This document shows, in pieces, positions 7,343 to 17,306 of a DNA stretch of 32,000 nucleotides. The position numbers and the translations under genes were made by a program. Within the stretch, counting starts at the first letter, position 1. Each line of letters begins with the position of its first letter. The stretch comes from Desulfocapsa sulfexigens DSM 10523 (lineage in GTDB: Bacteria; Desulfobacterota; Desulfobulbia; Desulfobulbales; Desulfocapsaceae). The DNA lies in NCBI RefSeq assembly GCF_000341395.1, contig NC_020304.1, positions 1,650,001-1,682,000 of the forward strand, written 5' to 3'. The notes below the pieces were generated by a model. The model made no database searches and was not told the origin of the DNA. It saw only the letters and a list, made by a program, of their open reading frames with translations.

Positions 7343-9601
7343 ATGAAGAGAAAAATTGAACTTCTGGCCCCAGGTGGTGACATTGATGCCATAAAGGCGG
7401 CGATTGTGGCCGGGGCAGATGCTATATACTGCGGTCTGGACCGGTTTAATGCGAGAAATCGTGCGGAGAATATTACTTTTGCCGATCTGCCTGGAATTGT
7501 CAGACTTGCCCATACAAATAATTGTGCACTATTTTTGACGCTTAATATTGTCATTGTTGAGAGTGAGATTCCTGCCCTGATAACGCTGCTTAACAGATTG
7601 GTGAACACGCGGATCGATGGGCTGATTGTTCAGGATTTGGGATTGTTGTACATTCTCACACACTACTATCCAACTCTTCAGATTCATGCCTCGACTCAGT
7701 TGACAACACATAATGAAGGGCAGATACACTTTCTAAGCAAATTGAACGTTCGTAGAGTGAATCTGTCACGGGAATTAAGTATTCAGGAGATACATTCCTT
7801 GACGGAAACGGCACATCAAAATAGCCTTCTAACCGAAGTGTTTGTCCATGGATCCTACTGTCTTTCCTTTTCTGGGATATGTTATTTAAGTTCGTTCAAC
7901 AGTGGAAACTCAGGAAATCGTGGGAGGTGCAGTCAGCCGTGCAGAGACCAGTATGTAAAAACGGTTGCAGGAAAGGATTATCCGCTAAACCTCAAAGATA
8001 ACTCCGCGTTTTCTGATGTGCAGGCACTGGCTGATGCCGGGGTTGATTCGGTAAAGATTGAAGGGCGAATTAAGAAGTTCCATTATGTCTATACGGTGGT
8101 CAAAGCTTGGAGAAAACAGCTTCAGAGTTTGTATGGTCAAGAGGAGTTGTGTCATGACGACGAAGATCTCCACAGGGTTTTCAATCGCGGATTCTCAAAC
8201 GCATTCCTGAAGGGCGATATTGACCGAGATATGTTTGTCGATCATCCCCGGGATTATTCTGCAGTTTATCTTGCGGAAACGAAGGATGGTGCTACTGATG
8301 AAAATATGGAAGAGGCCAAAAGGGAACTGTATGATCTGAAAACGGAAATTATAACAGACGTAAGAGGCAGGATTGAACATTTGAGCAGCGAGAAAATCCC
8401 CCTGCAGATCTCGGTATCTGGCCAGGCCGGAACCGTCCTGCATGTCGTTGTCCAAACTCCCGAGAGATCATTTACAGTTGTTTCAGATAGTGGTCTGGTC
8501 GAACTGAAGCGCACAAAGGATGGTGGGCAGTCGCTCGACTGCGATATGCTGGCAAAGCGATTGGCGCAACTTAATGAGACGGAATTTACTATTGAGTCCC
8601 TGGAAACTGACGGACTGTGTCGTGGTCTCTTTCTTCCTTTTAAAGAGGTGAGCGCAATACGAAAAAAGATTTTTCGGGAATTACATGCTTCGCAGGAATA
8701 TGTGTCTCCTATTGATGTTCCACGGATCAAGAGACAGGGCGACCAAATGCTGGAACCTGTTCTTTCTCTGCTCCTTTCTGCAGAGGAGGATCTGCATCTT
8801 TGTCAGGGAAGCTCTGCAGATACCTACTTCCAGATTCCCGATAATTTAGAGAATTGCGATTCAGCTCTCACCAGTATTTTTGTAGCCAATCGCGGCTTGC
8901 TTCCCTGGTTTCCCGCAGTTCTTATAGGAGAAAGTTATCACGCAGCAGTGGAATTTTTACAAAAGGTCAAGCCACAACGTGTTGTGACCAACAATAGTGG
9001 AATCGCCTATGAATGCTGGCAACGGGGGGTTCCCTGGATAGCCGGGCCGTATCTGAATGTTGCGAATTCCTTTAGTCTTCTGTGTCTGATGGGAAATTTT
9101 AACTGTTCTGGCTCCTTTATTTCAAATGAGCTTAAAAGAGTTCAGATAAAGGCTATTAAGAAGCCTGATGATTTTAAGCTCTACTACAGCATCTATCATC
9201 CAATTGTATTAATGACGAGCAGGCAGTGTCTTTTCCATCAGGTCACAGGATGTACAAAAGACAGGATTGACGAAAATTGCCTTCACTGCTGTGAAAAGTC
9301 GGCTGAGATAACCAATTTGAAGAAACAAACGTTCCTGATAGAGAAAACGAAGGGGAATTATCACACACTTTATGGTTCGACCCATTATTTAAATACAGAT
9401 GTTCTGAGAGAAATACCAAATTTTTTTTCCAGTTTTCTTGTTGATTTGCGGAGGATACAAACGGAGACCAGGGTGGCACTGGATAGAGCAGAACTTGTGA
9501 AGCTTTTTGAGAGCTATCTGGCGGGTCATCCTGGCTCAGCAGAAGCACTTGAAAAAAGTATCCAGCCTTCAACAAAGCATCAGTATGTAAAAGGGATCTG
9601 A
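7343..9601 (+). CDS. Peptidase U32 family protein
   Basis: MKRKIELLAPGGDIDAIKAAIVAGADAIYCGLDRFNARNRAENITF, VNLSRELSI, EVFVHGSYCLSFSGICYLSSFNSGNSGNRGRCSQPCRDQY and SVKIEGRIKK are U32 hallmarks. Start trimmed to the internal ATG at 7343. Confidence 0.92.
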   Translation: MKRKIELLAPGGDIDAIKAAIVAGADAIYCGLDRFNARNRAENITFADLPGIVRLAHTNNCALFLTLNIVIVESEIPALITLLNRLVNTRIDGLIVQDLGLLYILTHYYPTLQIHASTQLTTHNEGQIHFLSKLNVRRVNLSRELSIQEIHSLTETAHQNSLLTEVFVHGSYCLSFSGICYLSSFNSGNSGNRGRCSQPCRDQYVKTVAGKDYPLNLKDNSAFSDVQALADAGVDSVKIEGRIKKFHYVYTVVKAWRKQLQSLYGQEELCHDDEDLHRVFNRGFSNAFLKGDIDRDMFVDHPRDYSAVYLAETKDGATDENMEEAKRELYDLKTEIITDVRGRIEHLSSEKIPLQISVSGQAGTVLHVVVQTPERSFTVVSDSGLVELKRTKDGGQSLDCDMLAKRLAQLNETEFTIESLETDGLCRGLFLPFKEVSAIRKKIFRELHASQEYVSPIDVPRIKRQGDQMLEPVLSLLLSAEEDLHLCQGSSADTYFQIPDNLENCDSALTSIFVANRGLLPWFPAVLIGESYHAAVEFLQKVKPQRVVTNNSGIAYECWQRGVPWIAGPYLNVANSFSLLCLMGNFNCSGSFISNELKRVQIKAIKKPDDFKLYYSIYHPIVLMTSRQCLFHQVTGCTKDRIDENCLHCCEKSAEITNLKKQTFLIEKTKGNYHTLYGSTHYLNTDVLREIPNFFSSFLVDLRRIQTETRVALDRAELVKLFESYLAGHPGSAEALEKSIQPSTKHQYVKGI

Positions 9602-9612
9602 CGGATCTGGTG

Positions 9613-10320
9613 CTAAAGCAGAGACGATCTTTTTTTTCGTGATCCTCTGACAATTCCCCCGATGATCATTCCAAAGACGAGAACGCCGCCACCGGCAAGA
9701 AACCATTTGAGAGTGTAGTTGCTTCGCAGGGTTTCGTTTGCCTGTTCGAGAAGAGCCATTTTTTTGGTAAGTGTCGCGTTTTCCCGGGAGACTTTTTCCA
9801 TATTGCTTTTGATCTGAACAACGTCTGCGGTGTCTTGCTGCAGTTTCTTATAACTGGCCTGGATCTTGTTTCTTTCACTTATAGCCGAATCGCGTTCCTG
9901 CTCTGTACGAAAGAGCGCTTCCGATACTGTGTCCAGCTGTTGCCGGTTCTCGGCTTCTTTCTGTAGCATCTCATCTTTTTGTGCACGCATTGAAGCGACG
10001 AGTTTATCGAGGGGTGGCTCGGTACTCAGAAAGCGTTTGAGTACCCAGCCCTCTTTGCCGTTGTCAAGCAGGATTTTGGCAAATTCTTCACCTTCTTCGA
10101 TGAATTCCACCGCCGTTCCGTCCTTTACCATGGCGACAATTTTATATTCAGTTCCCTGGCCTCTTCTGACAACAGCTTCTATGCTTGGCCGTATGTAGCG
10201 GGTTTCTGCCTCAGCCGATATTCCTGAGAACAGTATGGTGCTGAACTGGATACAGAGAATGAAAATTAAAAGGTTGATCGGGAGTGATGGGGATAGGCCT
10301 TTTGTCAGTTTTGAGGGCAT
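9613..10320 (-). CDS. SH3-domain protein with signal peptide, coiled coil and C-terminal TM helix (TIGR04211-like)
   Basis: 235 aa; N-terminal hydrophobic segment, ETRYIRPSIEAVVRRGQGTEYKIVAMVKDGTAVEFIEEGEEFAKILLDNGKEGWVLKRFL, long Q/E/K-rich region, then a TM segment and a basic tail. Confidence 0.8.
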   Translation of the reverse strand: MPSKLTKGLSPSLPINLLIFILCIQFSTILFSGISAEAETRYIRPSIEAVVRRGQGTEYKIVAMVKDGTAVEFIEEGEEFAKILLDNGKEGWVLKRFLSTEPPLDKLVASMRAQKDEMLQKEAENRQQLDTVSEALFRTEQERDSAISERNKIQASYKKLQQDTADVVQIKSNMEKVSRENATLTKKMALLEQANETLRSNYTLKWFLAGGGVLVFGMIIGGIVRGSRKKRSSLL

Positions 10321-10449
10321 ATATATATCCTTGGTTGTATAATTGTTTGTGGGCGAAGAATCATACAGTCATATGGTAATAGGGATCTTTTCTGTTATAA
10401 CCCAATAAATATAAAAGTGGTAGGTTCTGCTGTTGTCGAAATTGTAAAA

Positions 10450-11373
10450 ATGAAAAAGGAAATGATGAGGAAGATTGCTTTCGGTTATTCAACACGATGT
10501 AATATCAGGTGTGAACACTGTGTCGCGGCTGATGACGCCCGCAAAAATGAAAAGATGAAGCTGTGCCGGGCCAAAGAGATTATTGCTGAACTGGCTGCTG
10601 CCGGGGTTCGCGGTATAAGTTTTACTGCGGGTGAACCACTCCTCTATCTTGATGATATTGCCGAACTGGTGAGTCTATGCAGAGAATATGAAATCTACAC
10701 CAGGGTTGTCACCAATTCCTTTTGGGCGAAAAGCGCTGATCTTGCAGACAGCTATACCCTTCTGCTCAAAGAAAGTGGGCTATCGCAGTTACGTTTGAGC
10801 TACAGCCGCTGGCATCAAAAGAATGTTCCCCGGCACCATATTGTTAACGCTGCGGAAAGTTGTCAGAAAGCAGGTCTTGATTATTTTGTTTCATTCGTAA
10901 CCGACTTCTCAGAGGATGATGATGGCTATGAACAGTATCTTCGGGAACAGAAGTTGCTGTTTTTTCCAGAACCGGTAATTTTTTCCGGTAGAGCGCAATC
11001 CTTCGAACGTTCCGCCTTGCGTACTGATTATCAGGAAAACTGCTGTTCCATGAATCCCTATCTTGCTCCCAGTCTCGATATGTACGCCTGTTGTGATGCA
11101 GGCAGCCATTTTACACGGACAAATTTCTTCCATCTTGGTAATCTGAAGGATAATACGATTGAGGAAATGTTCAGGAAAAGTGAAGGGAACAGCCTGTATA
11201 ATCATATCCGCTCCACAGGCATAACTGCAATTGCATCTTTTGCCGGATTTCGAGCACGCGAAATCGTTGGCTATAGAAAATGCGAACTGTGTGAAAAAAT
11301 GTTTAACTCTCCAGAGTTGCTTGGGGCGCTCGAAAAAGAAGCGGAATCGGGATTGAAGTCCTGGCACAGATAA
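10450..11373 (+). CDS. Radical SAM protein
   Basis: CNIRCEHC (CxxxCxxC) motif, GISFTAGEPLL, late Cys cluster (ENCCSMNPYLAPSLDMYACCDAG..., CELCEKMF). The start may be 10450 rather than 10417. Confidence 0.88.
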   Translation: MKKEMMRKIAFGYSTRCNIRCEHCVAADDARKNEKMKLCRAKEIIAELAAAGVRGISFTAGEPLLYLDDIAELVSLCREYEIYTRVVTNSFWAKSADLADSYTLLLKESGLSQLRLSYSRWHQKNVPRHHIVNAAESCQKAGLDYFVSFVTDFSEDDDGYEQYLREQKLLFFPEPVIFSGRAQSFERSALRTDYQENCCSMNPYLAPSLDMYACCDAGSHFTRTNFFHLGNLKDNTIEEMFRKSEGNSLYNHIRSTGITAIASFAGFRAREIVGYRKCELCEKMFNSPELLGALEKEAESGLKSWHR

Positions 11374-11432
11374 GTTTATTTTTTCTGCTGCGGCAGGATG
11401 CGCGTGTTGCGCTACAATGACAGGGTGAAATG

Positions 11433-12275
11433 ATGGTAGAGATTGGAAAAATTAATAGACTTGCGGTGGTGAGTACTCAGGGCCACGAAGTCCGCTTTGA
11501 TGGTGGAGAGCTCGGAGACATTCTTCTCGATGAAAAGTTTGTGTATGGAAGATATCACAAGGGCGATGAGGTTGAAGTATTTGTTTCTGTTGATGGGGAT
11601 GACAGGCTTTTTGCCATTACCAGTAAACCCTATGCAATGGTAGGGGAGTTTGCCAGACTCCGGGTGGCAGCAACTTCTCCATCAGGTGCCTTTCTTTCCT
11701 GGGGGATGAAAAATGATCTTTTGGTCCCGAAGAGTGAACAGCTTAGTCCCATGAAAGAGGGCGAGTCCTACGTTGTTTACGTCTTTTTGAGTGAGAAAAC
11801 AAATCGTATAACGGCTTCTTCAAAACTGGATAAATACCTTGGCCTCTCCCCCCCAGATTATAAAGAAGGCGAAGAGGTTGATCTTCTCATTTTTGACAGG
11901 ACTGATCTTGGATATCAGGCAGTTATTAATCAGGCACACATTGGAATGCTGTTTAAAAATGAGGTGTTTCAGAAACTCTTTATCGGTCAGAAACTGAAGG
12001 GCTATATATATAATATCCGGGAAGATTCAAAGATTGACCTGAGGTTACAGCTGCCGGGATATGAGAAGGTGGATGGAGTCTCTCAGGCAATCATTGACAT
12101 CCTGAAAGAGAATGGCGGCGTAAGTTCTCTTTCTGATAAAAGTCCGCCGGAGGAAATTTATGCCCTCTTTGGAGTGAGTAAAAAGGTTTTCAAACAGGCG
12201 ATTGGTGCCCTTTATAAGAAACGCATCATTACCATAGATCGCAGTAGCGGTATAAGGTTGGTGAAGAAGAAATGA
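11433..12275 (+). CDS. S1-domain RNA-binding protein, CvfB-like
   Basis: MVEIGKINRLAVV...GGELGDILLDEKFV...DLLIFDRTDLGYQAVINQAHIGMLFKNEVFQKLFIGQKLKGYIYNIREDSKIDLRLQ...KAIGALYKKRIITID matches the CvfB layout of S1-like domains plus winged helix. Confidence 0.85.
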   Translation: MVEIGKINRLAVVSTQGHEVRFDGGELGDILLDEKFVYGRYHKGDEVEVFVSVDGDDRLFAITSKPYAMVGEFARLRVAATSPSGAFLSWGMKNDLLVPKSEQLSPMKEGESYVVYVFLSEKTNRITASSKLDKYLGLSPPDYKEGEEVDLLIFDRTDLGYQAVINQAHIGMLFKNEVFQKLFIGQKLKGYIYNIREDSKIDLRLQLPGYEKVDGVSQAIIDILKENGGVSSLSDKSPPEEIYALFGVSKKVFKQAIGALYKKRIITIDRSSGIRLVKKK

Positions 12276-12754
12276 AAATACGTAAAGTGAGTCCAGAGTT
12301 ACAGCCCAAGGCGGCGGCCCTGCTGCGCAATGCCTTTCCGCGAAGTAATTATGAAGTGCGGCTGATGGAAAATCTTCACAAAAACGGCAGGGAGGTCCAT
12401 GAGTGGGTCTGTCTCCATGTCAATAAGGCTGTGGCCTATATTGCCTTTTCCAGGGCTTATAATGGTGTTGAGGTATGTGGTCTGCATCTGGCACCTCTGG
12501 CTGTTAAACCTGAATTTCAACGGCAGGGGATAGGGTCGGAGTTGCTGCGTTTTGCCCTGCGCCAGGAAGTCATTCAAACGATGACACTCTTTGTTCTCGG
12601 GAATCCTGAATTTTATAAGAAGTTTGGGTTCAAACCCTGTACCAATCCTATTTGTCCCTTTGATAAAAAAAATAGACATTTTTTAAGCATTCGTAACCCT
12701 GAAGTCGCACGATTTACAGTGGGATATGAACCTGAATTCAACATTGGGGCATAG
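12272..12754 (+). CDS. GNAT-family N-acetyltransferase
   Basis: 160 aa; LAPLAVKPEFQRQGIGSELLRFAL acetyl-CoA binding motif and VLGNPEFYKKFGFKP. Overlaps the upstream gene by 4 nt. Confidence 0.92.
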   Translation: MKIRKVSPELQPKAAALLRNAFPRSNYEVRLMENLHKNGREVHEWVCLHVNKAVAYIAFSRAYNGVEVCGLHLAPLAVKPEFQRQGIGSELLRFALRQEVIQTMTLFVLGNPEFYKKFGFKPCTNPICPFDKKNRHFLSIRNPEVARFTVGYEPEFNIGA

Positions 12755-12755
12755 A

Positions 12756-13712
12756 ATGACAACAGGTACTACCATTTTGATTATCCACCATGAGCAGGAT
12801 CGCTATTTTGATACCCTGTGCAGGCGTTTTCCTGACCTTCTTTTTCATAGTGCTCGTAACGATGCTGAAGTTGCACAGAAGATGGCTGAATTGCAGCCAC
12901 AGATCCTGCTGAGTTTTCGTTGTGATCCCATTTCCACCAAAGCCCAGAGTATGGCTGCACGAACTCCCTGTGTGAAATGGGTACAGGTGGCAGGTGCCGG
13001 ATATGATCATTTGGGGGATCTGGATGAACTGAAGTGCCAAGTTACAAATTGCTCCGGCGTGTTGAGCAGGTTTCAGGCAGAAACGGTCATCGGGGCAATG
13101 ATCAATCTCAACTTTGGTTTTTACCGTTATCAGCAGCAGCAACGGGAAAAGCTCTATCGGAAATTGCCTTGGCGTTCCTTGGAGGGGCAGAAACTCCTGC
13201 TTCTCGGAATGGGCCATATTGGGAGGGCTGTGGCTGTGAATGCACGTCACTTTGGTATGCACATCACAGCCATCCGATCCAGAATACAGGATTCGCCGGA
13301 GGCCGATGTCGTCTGTACTGCGGATGAGCTTCCTGTACTATTACCGGAAGTTGATTTTGTTTCACTGCATCTGCCCTACTGTAAGGAAACGCATCATTTC
13401 TTTGATGCGAAGATGTTTGGGGCTATGAAAGAGAGCGCATATTTTATAAACACTGCCCGGGGGAATATTGTCGACGAGGATGCTCTTATTGCTGCCTTGA
13501 AGGAAAAAAGGATCGCTGGTGCCTATCTCGATGTTTTTCGTGAGGAGCCATTGCCTCAATTGAGTCAATTGTGGCAATTGGATAATCTTTTATTAACTCC
13601 TCACTACTGCGATGCCGTAGATGATTGGCACGAGCGGTTTGCAGATTTTTTTGCAGATAATCTTCAGCGCTGGATTGCCGGGGAGGAGTTGCATAATAGT
13701 CTTAAAAAATAG
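12756..13712 (+). CDS. D-2-hydroxyacid dehydrogenase family protein
   Basis: QKLLLLGMGHIGRAVAVNARHFGMHITAIR (Rossmann), VDFVSLHLPYCKETHHFFDAKMFGAMKESAYFINTARGNIVDEDALIAAL, YLDVFREEPLP. Confidence 0.92.
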   Translation: MTTGTTILIIHHEQDRYFDTLCRRFPDLLFHSARNDAEVAQKMAELQPQILLSFRCDPISTKAQSMAARTPCVKWVQVAGAGYDHLGDLDELKCQVTNCSGVLSRFQAETVIGAMINLNFGFYRYQQQQREKLYRKLPWRSLEGQKLLLLGMGHIGRAVAVNARHFGMHITAIRSRIQDSPEADVVCTADELPVLLPEVDFVSLHLPYCKETHHFFDAKMFGAMKESAYFINTARGNIVDEDALIAALKEKRIAGAYLDVFREEPLPQLSQLWQLDNLLLTPHYCDAVDDWHERFADFFADNLQRWIAGEELHNSLKK

Positions 13713-13759
13713 GGACGAATGGGATTTTTTTCGAACCAAAAGGTGGGCTGAGATTTGTA

Positions 13760-14581
13760 ATGTTTTTTGAACATGTACCCAGAAGGGGGCTGATATGTGC
13801 TCATCGTGGGGCCCGTTCTATTGCTCCTGAAAACACACTTCTGGCCATGACCATGGCGAAGGCATGCGGTGCGCACTGTTGGGAAACAGATATCCGGATG
13901 AGCAAAGATGGTAAACTGATTGTTTTCCATGACGATAGCCTGGAACGTACCACGAATATTGCAGTAAACAGGGCATTAAAAAAACATCCTGATTGCAGTG
14001 TTAATTGCTATACACTGGCAGAACTGCGTGAGCTTGATGTCGGTTCCTGGTTCCTGTCCGATGATCCCTTCGGGGCGGTTGCCAGTGGTGAGGTTGCGGA
14101 CGTTCAATATGAGACAATCAAGAGGCAGCGAATCCCCCTGCTTCGTGAAGTTCTGGATTTCAGCAAGAAGCACTCTTTTCCTGTCAATCTGGAAATTAAA
14201 GATCTGAAAACGCCATCCGGTGACGTTCTTGTTGTGGACAGGATCATGGAGATGCTTTTTGAAACAGGAACCATGGATATGGTGCTTCTCTCCTCCTTTC
14301 GCCATGAATACCTTCACCGGGCTCGAGCGTTGAATAAGGAAATTGACATAGCAGTTCTGGCAGAAGAACAGCATCCTCAGGATCTTATTCAGTACCTCAG
14401 GAGTTTTCAAGCCGCTGCCTATCATCCGAATGTGGATATATGTGACGAAGAGCTCATCAATGGGTTGCAGCGTGCCGGTTTCCGGGTTAATTGCTGGACA
14501 GTCAATGATATGAAAAGGGCGCAGGAGATACTTCGTACAGGGGGGGGAGTAATAACAGATTGGCCCCAGCGTCTGATATGA
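13760..14581 (+). CDS. Glycerophosphodiester phosphodiesterase family protein
   Basis: ICAHRGARSIAPENTLLAM, WETDIRMSKDGKLIVFHDDSLERTTN, FPVNLEIK, VNCWTVND, GGGVITDWP are GDPD motifs. Confidence 0.93.
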   Translation: MFFEHVPRRGLICAHRGARSIAPENTLLAMTMAKACGAHCWETDIRMSKDGKLIVFHDDSLERTTNIAVNRALKKHPDCSVNCYTLAELRELDVGSWFLSDDPFGAVASGEVADVQYETIKRQRIPLLREVLDFSKKHSFPVNLEIKDLKTPSGDVLVVDRIMEMLFETGTMDMVLLSSFRHEYLHRARALNKEIDIAVLAEEQHPQDLIQYLRSFQAAAYHPNVDICDEELINGLQRAGFRVNCWTVNDMKRAQEILRTGGGVITDWPQRLI

Positions 14582-14632
14582 ATAAGGATGTAATAGCCAA
14601 CTGAAAAAAGTATGAAGGAGAGATACGAGGGA

Positions 14633-15328
14633 ATGAAAACAATAGGGATGCTTGGTGGTATGAGTTGGGAATCAACAGCCAGCTACTATAAGGCTCTTAA
14701 TGAAGGTGTAAGAGATGTTCTTGGTGGCTTGCACTCTGCCAGAATCTCCATGTATAGTGTTGATTTTGACCAGATTGAAAAGCTGCAGCATCAGGGCGAC
14801 TGGCAGGCTACAGCCGAAATTCTTTCTCAAGCCGCCCGCAGTATTGAAGCGGCAGGTGCAGATTTTTTACTTATCTGTACCAACACCATGCATAAGGTCG
14901 CCCCGGAAATTGAGGCAGCAATCGGGATTCCTCTGCTTCATATTGCCGATGCCACGGCAGAAAGGCTTGTTGCAGACAAGGTGAAACGGGTAGGCCTTCT
15001 TGGAACCCGATTTACCATGGAAGAAGACTTTTATAAGGGCAGGTTGACGGATAAATACACTATTGAGGTCGTGGTTCCTGATAGTGATGATATGGACATT
15101 ATCCACAAGGTTATCTATTCTGAGCTTTGTCTCGGAAGAGTTTCAGAACGGTCACGGCGGAGATATCTTGATATTATAGACTCTCTGTGTGACAAAGGCG
15201 CGGAGGCTGTTATTCTTGGCTGTACGGAAATCGCATTGCTCGTACAGCAAAAGCATACCTCTGTGAGACTTTACGACACAACAGAGATTCATGCCAGGCA
15301 TGCGGTACAACTGGCAGTACAGGAATGA
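14633..15328 (+). CDS. Aspartate/glutamate racemase family protein
   Basis: MKTIGMLGGMSWESTASYYKALNEGV, LLICTNTMHKVAPEIE, VGLLGTRFTMEEDFY, GAEAVILGCTEIALL. Start trimmed from 14612. Confidence 0.93.
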   Translation: MKTIGMLGGMSWESTASYYKALNEGVRDVLGGLHSARISMYSVDFDQIEKLQHQGDWQATAEILSQAARSIEAAGADFLLICTNTMHKVAPEIEAAIGIPLLHIADATAERLVADKVKRVGLLGTRFTMEEDFYKGRLTDKYTIEVVVPDSDDMDIIHKVIYSELCLGRVSERSRRRYLDIIDSLCDKGAEAVILGCTEIALLVQQKHTSVRLYDTTEIHARHAVQLAVQE

Positions 15329-15347
15329 AGAGAGGAGAAGCATTGCT

Positions 15348-16919
15348 TTGGAGCTGGTAATCAATAACATCCAGATCCCCGTCGAAAAAGACGGGATGGA
15401 TGAATACCTGCGCCTTGCAGGGCAGAGGATGGGACTGGCTCCTGAAGAAATTACGGTTACAAAAATCCTCAGTAAGGCCCTTGATCTGCGCAGTCAGGAG
15501 CAGTTTTATTATAAAATGTCACTGGTCGTCAGTACCGATGACAAGTATCCCAACGGGCAGAAGTTCAGTCCCTATATACACGCTGAAACTGCAGAAAAAA
15601 AGACCGCGCAGATGGAGGAACGGCCAATTATAGTAGGATTTGGGCCTGCGGGTATGTTTGCAGCTCTTGAACTTATTTCTCATGGTCTTAAACCCTTAAT
15701 TTTTGAACGGGGCAAAAAAATAGAAGAGCGCTCTGTTGATGTGGAGCGCTTTATCAAAGAGCGGAAGCTCAATCCCGAATCAAATATTCAATTTGGTGAA
15801 GGGGGGGCTGGCTCCTATTCGGACGGGAAGCTGTTTTCAAGAAGGAATAATAATACTTCCACCGTCAATCGGGTTCTGAAAACCTTTGTCAAATTCGGTG
15901 CCCCACCGGAAATTGAGTACATCAGCAAACCCCACCTGGGAACGGATGTGCTGTGTGAGATAGTGCGCAATATCCGCCTCCATGTTCTCGAGCGAGGTGG
16001 TGACATATATTACGGTTCCAGAATGACTGATATCCTGATCACAGGAGGCAGGGCAAGAGGGATTGTCATTAATGGTGAGCAAGAGTTTCTTTCTTCACAT
16101 ATCTTTATTGCGCTTGGTCACTCTGCACGTGATACCGTCGAGATGATGCATACAAGAGGCGTTGCCATGGAACAGCGGCAGATTTCCGTTGGGGTGAGAA
16201 TTGAGCATCCAGTGCAGACCATAAATCTGATGCGTTATGGCAAGAAGTATAATGGTTTTCCCGGACTCGGCGCTGCCACCTATTCTCTGAATCATACCAA
16301 TCGAAAAATTCGTCGTGGGGTCTATACATTCTGCATGTGTCCCGGGGGAGAGGTGGTGAACGCCTCCTCAAGTGAGGAGATGCTGGTGCTCAACGGAATG
16401 AGCTATTCGGACAGGGCATCGAATTTTTCAAATGGTGCACTGGTTGTCAGTTGTCACCCCAGTGACTATAAGTCAGACAGTCCCCTGGCAGGCTTTTCCT
16501 TCCAGAAGGATATTGAGCAGAAGGCCTTTCAGGCAGGTGGCGGAAACTGGTCTGTTCCCGCCCAGAATCTGATGGATTTTCTAGGTGAAAAAGGCTCGAC
16601 GGGTGTGCAGGAGAACTCTTATAAGATGGGTGCAGTTCCTGCTGATATGAGAGAGCTCTTCCCGGAGTTTGTGATCTCGGAGCTGCTTGTTGCATTTCAC
16701 AAATGGAGGGGAGAAATACCTCTTTTTATATCTCACCATGCGATACTGCTGGGGGCTGAAACACGAACCTCTTCACCCGTTCGGATATGCCGCAATGAGC
16801 AGTTTGAGTCAGTCAATACGAAAAACCTCTACCCAATAGGGGAAGGCGCGGGGTATACCGGTGGTATCACCAGCTCTGCGGCAGATGCAATAAAGGCTGT
16901 GGAGGCACAGCTGTTGTAG
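15348..16919 (+). CDS. FAD-dependent oxidoreductase (YhiN/NAD(P)-FAD type, uncharacterised)
   Basis: RPIIVGFGPAGMFAALELISHGLKPLIFERG dinucleotide-binding motif, IEFGEGGAGSYSDGKLFSR-like segment, YPIGEGAGYTGGITSSAADAIKA. The ORF track starts at 15291 inside the racemase gene; a TTG at 15348 preceded by AGAGGAG is my preferred start. Confidence 0.85.
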   Translation: MELVINNIQIPVEKDGMDEYLRLAGQRMGLAPEEITVTKILSKALDLRSQEQFYYKMSLVVSTDDKYPNGQKFSPYIHAETAEKKTAQMEERPIIVGFGPAGMFAALELISHGLKPLIFERGKKIEERSVDVERFIKERKLNPESNIQFGEGGAGSYSDGKLFSRRNNNTSTVNRVLKTFVKFGAPPEIEYISKPHLGTDVLCEIVRNIRLHVLERGGDIYYGSRMTDILITGGRARGIVINGEQEFLSSHIFIALGHSARDTVEMMHTRGVAMEQRQISVGVRIEHPVQTINLMRYGKKYNGFPGLGAATYSLNHTNRKIRRGVYTFCMCPGGEVVNASSSEEMLVLNGMSYSDRASNFSNGALVVSCHPSDYKSDSPLAGFSFQKDIEQKAFQAGGGNWSVPAQNLMDFLGEKGSTGVQENSYKMGAVPADMRELFPEFVISELLVAFHKWRGEIPLFISHHAILLGAETRTSSPVRICRNEQFESVNTKNLYPIGEGAGYTGGITSSAADAIKAVEAQLL

Positions 16920-16936
16920 GATAATAGTTAAAGAAT

Positions 16937-17302
16937 ATGGCAAGGAAATCCTCAAAAAGCAATTCCGGTCTTGTGTACTCTACTGAATCCGGCACCATGT
17001 GTCCCGGATGCAATAAACAGCAGAAGAAGTGTGCGTGTAAGCAAACACAGGCCATCCCAAAAGATGGTATTGTCAGGCTGATGCGGGAAACCAAGGGGCG
17101 TAAAGGAAAAGGGGTTACCCTTATTAATGGTCTGCCGCTTGCCCCTGTGGAGCTGAAGAAATTTGCAAAACTGCTAAAACAGAAATGCGGCAGTGGCGGC
17201 AGTGTCAAAAATGGAGTCGTCGAAATCCAGGGCGATCACAGGGACACGTTGGAGAAAGAATTAGCGTCACGTGGTTATACAGTAAAACGGGCTGGTGGTT
17301 GA
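16937..17302 (+). CDS. yciH: SUI1/YciH family translation factor
   Basis: 121 aa; RKGKGVTLINGLPLAPVELKKFAKLLKQKCGSGGSVKNGVVEIQGDHRDTLEKELASRGYTVKRAGG is the SUI1/eIF1 fold signature. Confidence 0.93.
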   Translation: MARKSSKSNSGLVYSTESGTMCPGCNKQQKKCACKQTQAIPKDGIVRLMRETKGRKGKGVTLINGLPLAPVELKKFAKLLKQKCGSGGSVKNGVVEIQGDHRDTLEKELASRGYTVKRAGG

Positions 17303-17306
17303 AAAT

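Noticed and set aside
8266-8730. 154 aa antisense ORF within the U32 peptidase gene
   Set aside because: Ser/Arg-rich, no motifs, fully covered by a strong sense gene.
10321-10449. Search for a RiPP precursor next to the radical SAM gene
   Set aside because: No convincing small ORF with a leader/core pattern in either flanking gap; the tiny ORF at about 11399 is only 11 codons.
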